Assembly: GCA_964016885.1 (NCBI GenBank)
Contig: OZ024744.1
Location: 110,546,001-110,610,000 of the forward strand
Direction: 5' to 3'
Source: Eledone cirrhosa
Lineage: Eukaryota
DNA length: 64,000 nt
In this document: in pieces, positions 63,601-64,000 of the stretch
How positions within the stretch are numbered: the first letter of the stretch is position 1
How the letters are laid out: each line of letters begins with the position of its first letter
Notes under the pieces: generated by a model
What the model saw: only the letters and a program-made list of their open reading frames with translations
Told to the model about the DNA's origin: nothing
Database searches by the model: none
Made by a program: the position numbers and the translations under genes

Positions 63601-64000
63601 ATAACTTACCTTCCCTGAACACAATAAAACTACACAATCCACTATAACTTACCTTGCTCTGAACAGAGTAAAACTACACAACCCACTATAACTTACCTTG
63701 CCCTGAACACAGTAAAAGTACATAATCCACTATAGCTTACCTTGCCCTGAAAACAGTAGAACTACACAATCCACTATAAATTACCTTGCTCTGAACACAG
63801 TAAAACTACGCGATCCACTATAACTTACCTTGCTCTGAACAAAGGAAACTACACAATCCACTATAACTTACCTTGCTCTGAACAAAGGAAACTACACAAT
63901 ACACTATAACTTAACTGGCCCTGAACACGGTAAAACTACACAATCCACTATAACTTAACTGGCCCTGAACACAGTAAAACTACACAATCCACTATAAGTT
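51700..64000. repeat. About 10-kb higher-order duplication: 51.7-54.4 kb is re-used at 61.9-64.0 kb
   Basis: atccactcta at 52651/62759 (10108); gactacataatcccct at 53521/63365 (9844); aaaggaaac at 54217/63841 (9624). The offsets differ by multiples of 44 bp. Confidence 0.8.
56550..61950. repeat. About 64-monomer (2,809-bp) duplication in the right-hand sub-domain
   Basis: tcgactatcac followed by aaaacttcac at 57711 and 60520. The rare variants tctatttaat, ttatcttctctg, aacgcactat and aaaactaacac each occur twice in the same order. Confidence 0.82.

Larger units (their letters stand above)
1..64000. repeat. Tandem satellite array of a 44-bp monomer (about 1,450 copies, single orientation), running off both window ends
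   Basis: Consensus ctgaacacagtaaaactacacaatccactataacttaccttgcc (A17 C14 T10 G3) recurs every 44 bp throughout. Most copies differ by 0-4 substitutions. 43-bp deletion monomers (ccatgcctg, cttccctg, agtaaacta) are common. Confidence 0.99.

Noticed and set aside
1-64000. CRISPR array
   Set aside because: The repeats abut directly. There are no unique spacers, no leader and no cas genes; variation is only point changes in a 44-bp unit.
1-64000. Unspliced repetitive protein-coding ORF on either strand
   Set aside because: The monomer has stops in two of three frames on each strand (TGA/TAA/TAA on +, TAA/TAG/TAG on -), and 44 is not a multiple of 3, so every frame closes within about two monomers.
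1-64000. TATA/-10 promoter boxes (tataa, tataat, tatataa)
   Set aside because: Short AT-rich words inherent to the monomer, with no gene context to support promoter function.
1-64000. Telomeric repeat or G-quadruplex array
   Set aside because: No tandem TTAGGG-type hexamers, and the minus strand has at most one or two GGG runs per 44 bp.
1-64000. Assignment to a named satellite family, a species or a centromere
   Set aside because: I do not recognise the monomer. This would need a BLAST/Dfam/Repbase search and CENP-A data.

Overview
The whole 64-kb window is one uninterrupted head-to-tail tandem array (satellite DNA, most likely eukaryotic) of a 44-bp monomer, consensus ctgaacacagtaaaactacacaatccactataacttaccttgcc, about 1,450 copies by length (64000/44). 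I saw no unique sequence, inversion, transposon, RNA gene, CRISPR spacer or long ORF. Two layers of structure lie beyond the plain repeat. (1) On the minus strand each monomer reads ...ttttactgtgttCAG|GGCAAG|GTAAGTtatagtggattgtgtag..., i.e. a 3' splice acceptor, a 6-nt micro-exon-like segment and a near-perfect 5' donor. The array is therefore formally a chain of 6-nt exons and 38-nt GT-AG introns; whether it is transcribed or spliced cannot be seen from sequence. (2) Diagnostic variant monomers reveal nested higher-order duplications of 9, 10, 11, 38, 40, 64, 70, 73 and 78 monomers and of about 10 kb, two sub-domains that meet near 44.7-45.5 kb, and a more diverged patch at about 53.3-55.6 kb. 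Periods were measured by hand from marker positions, and block boundaries are approximate.
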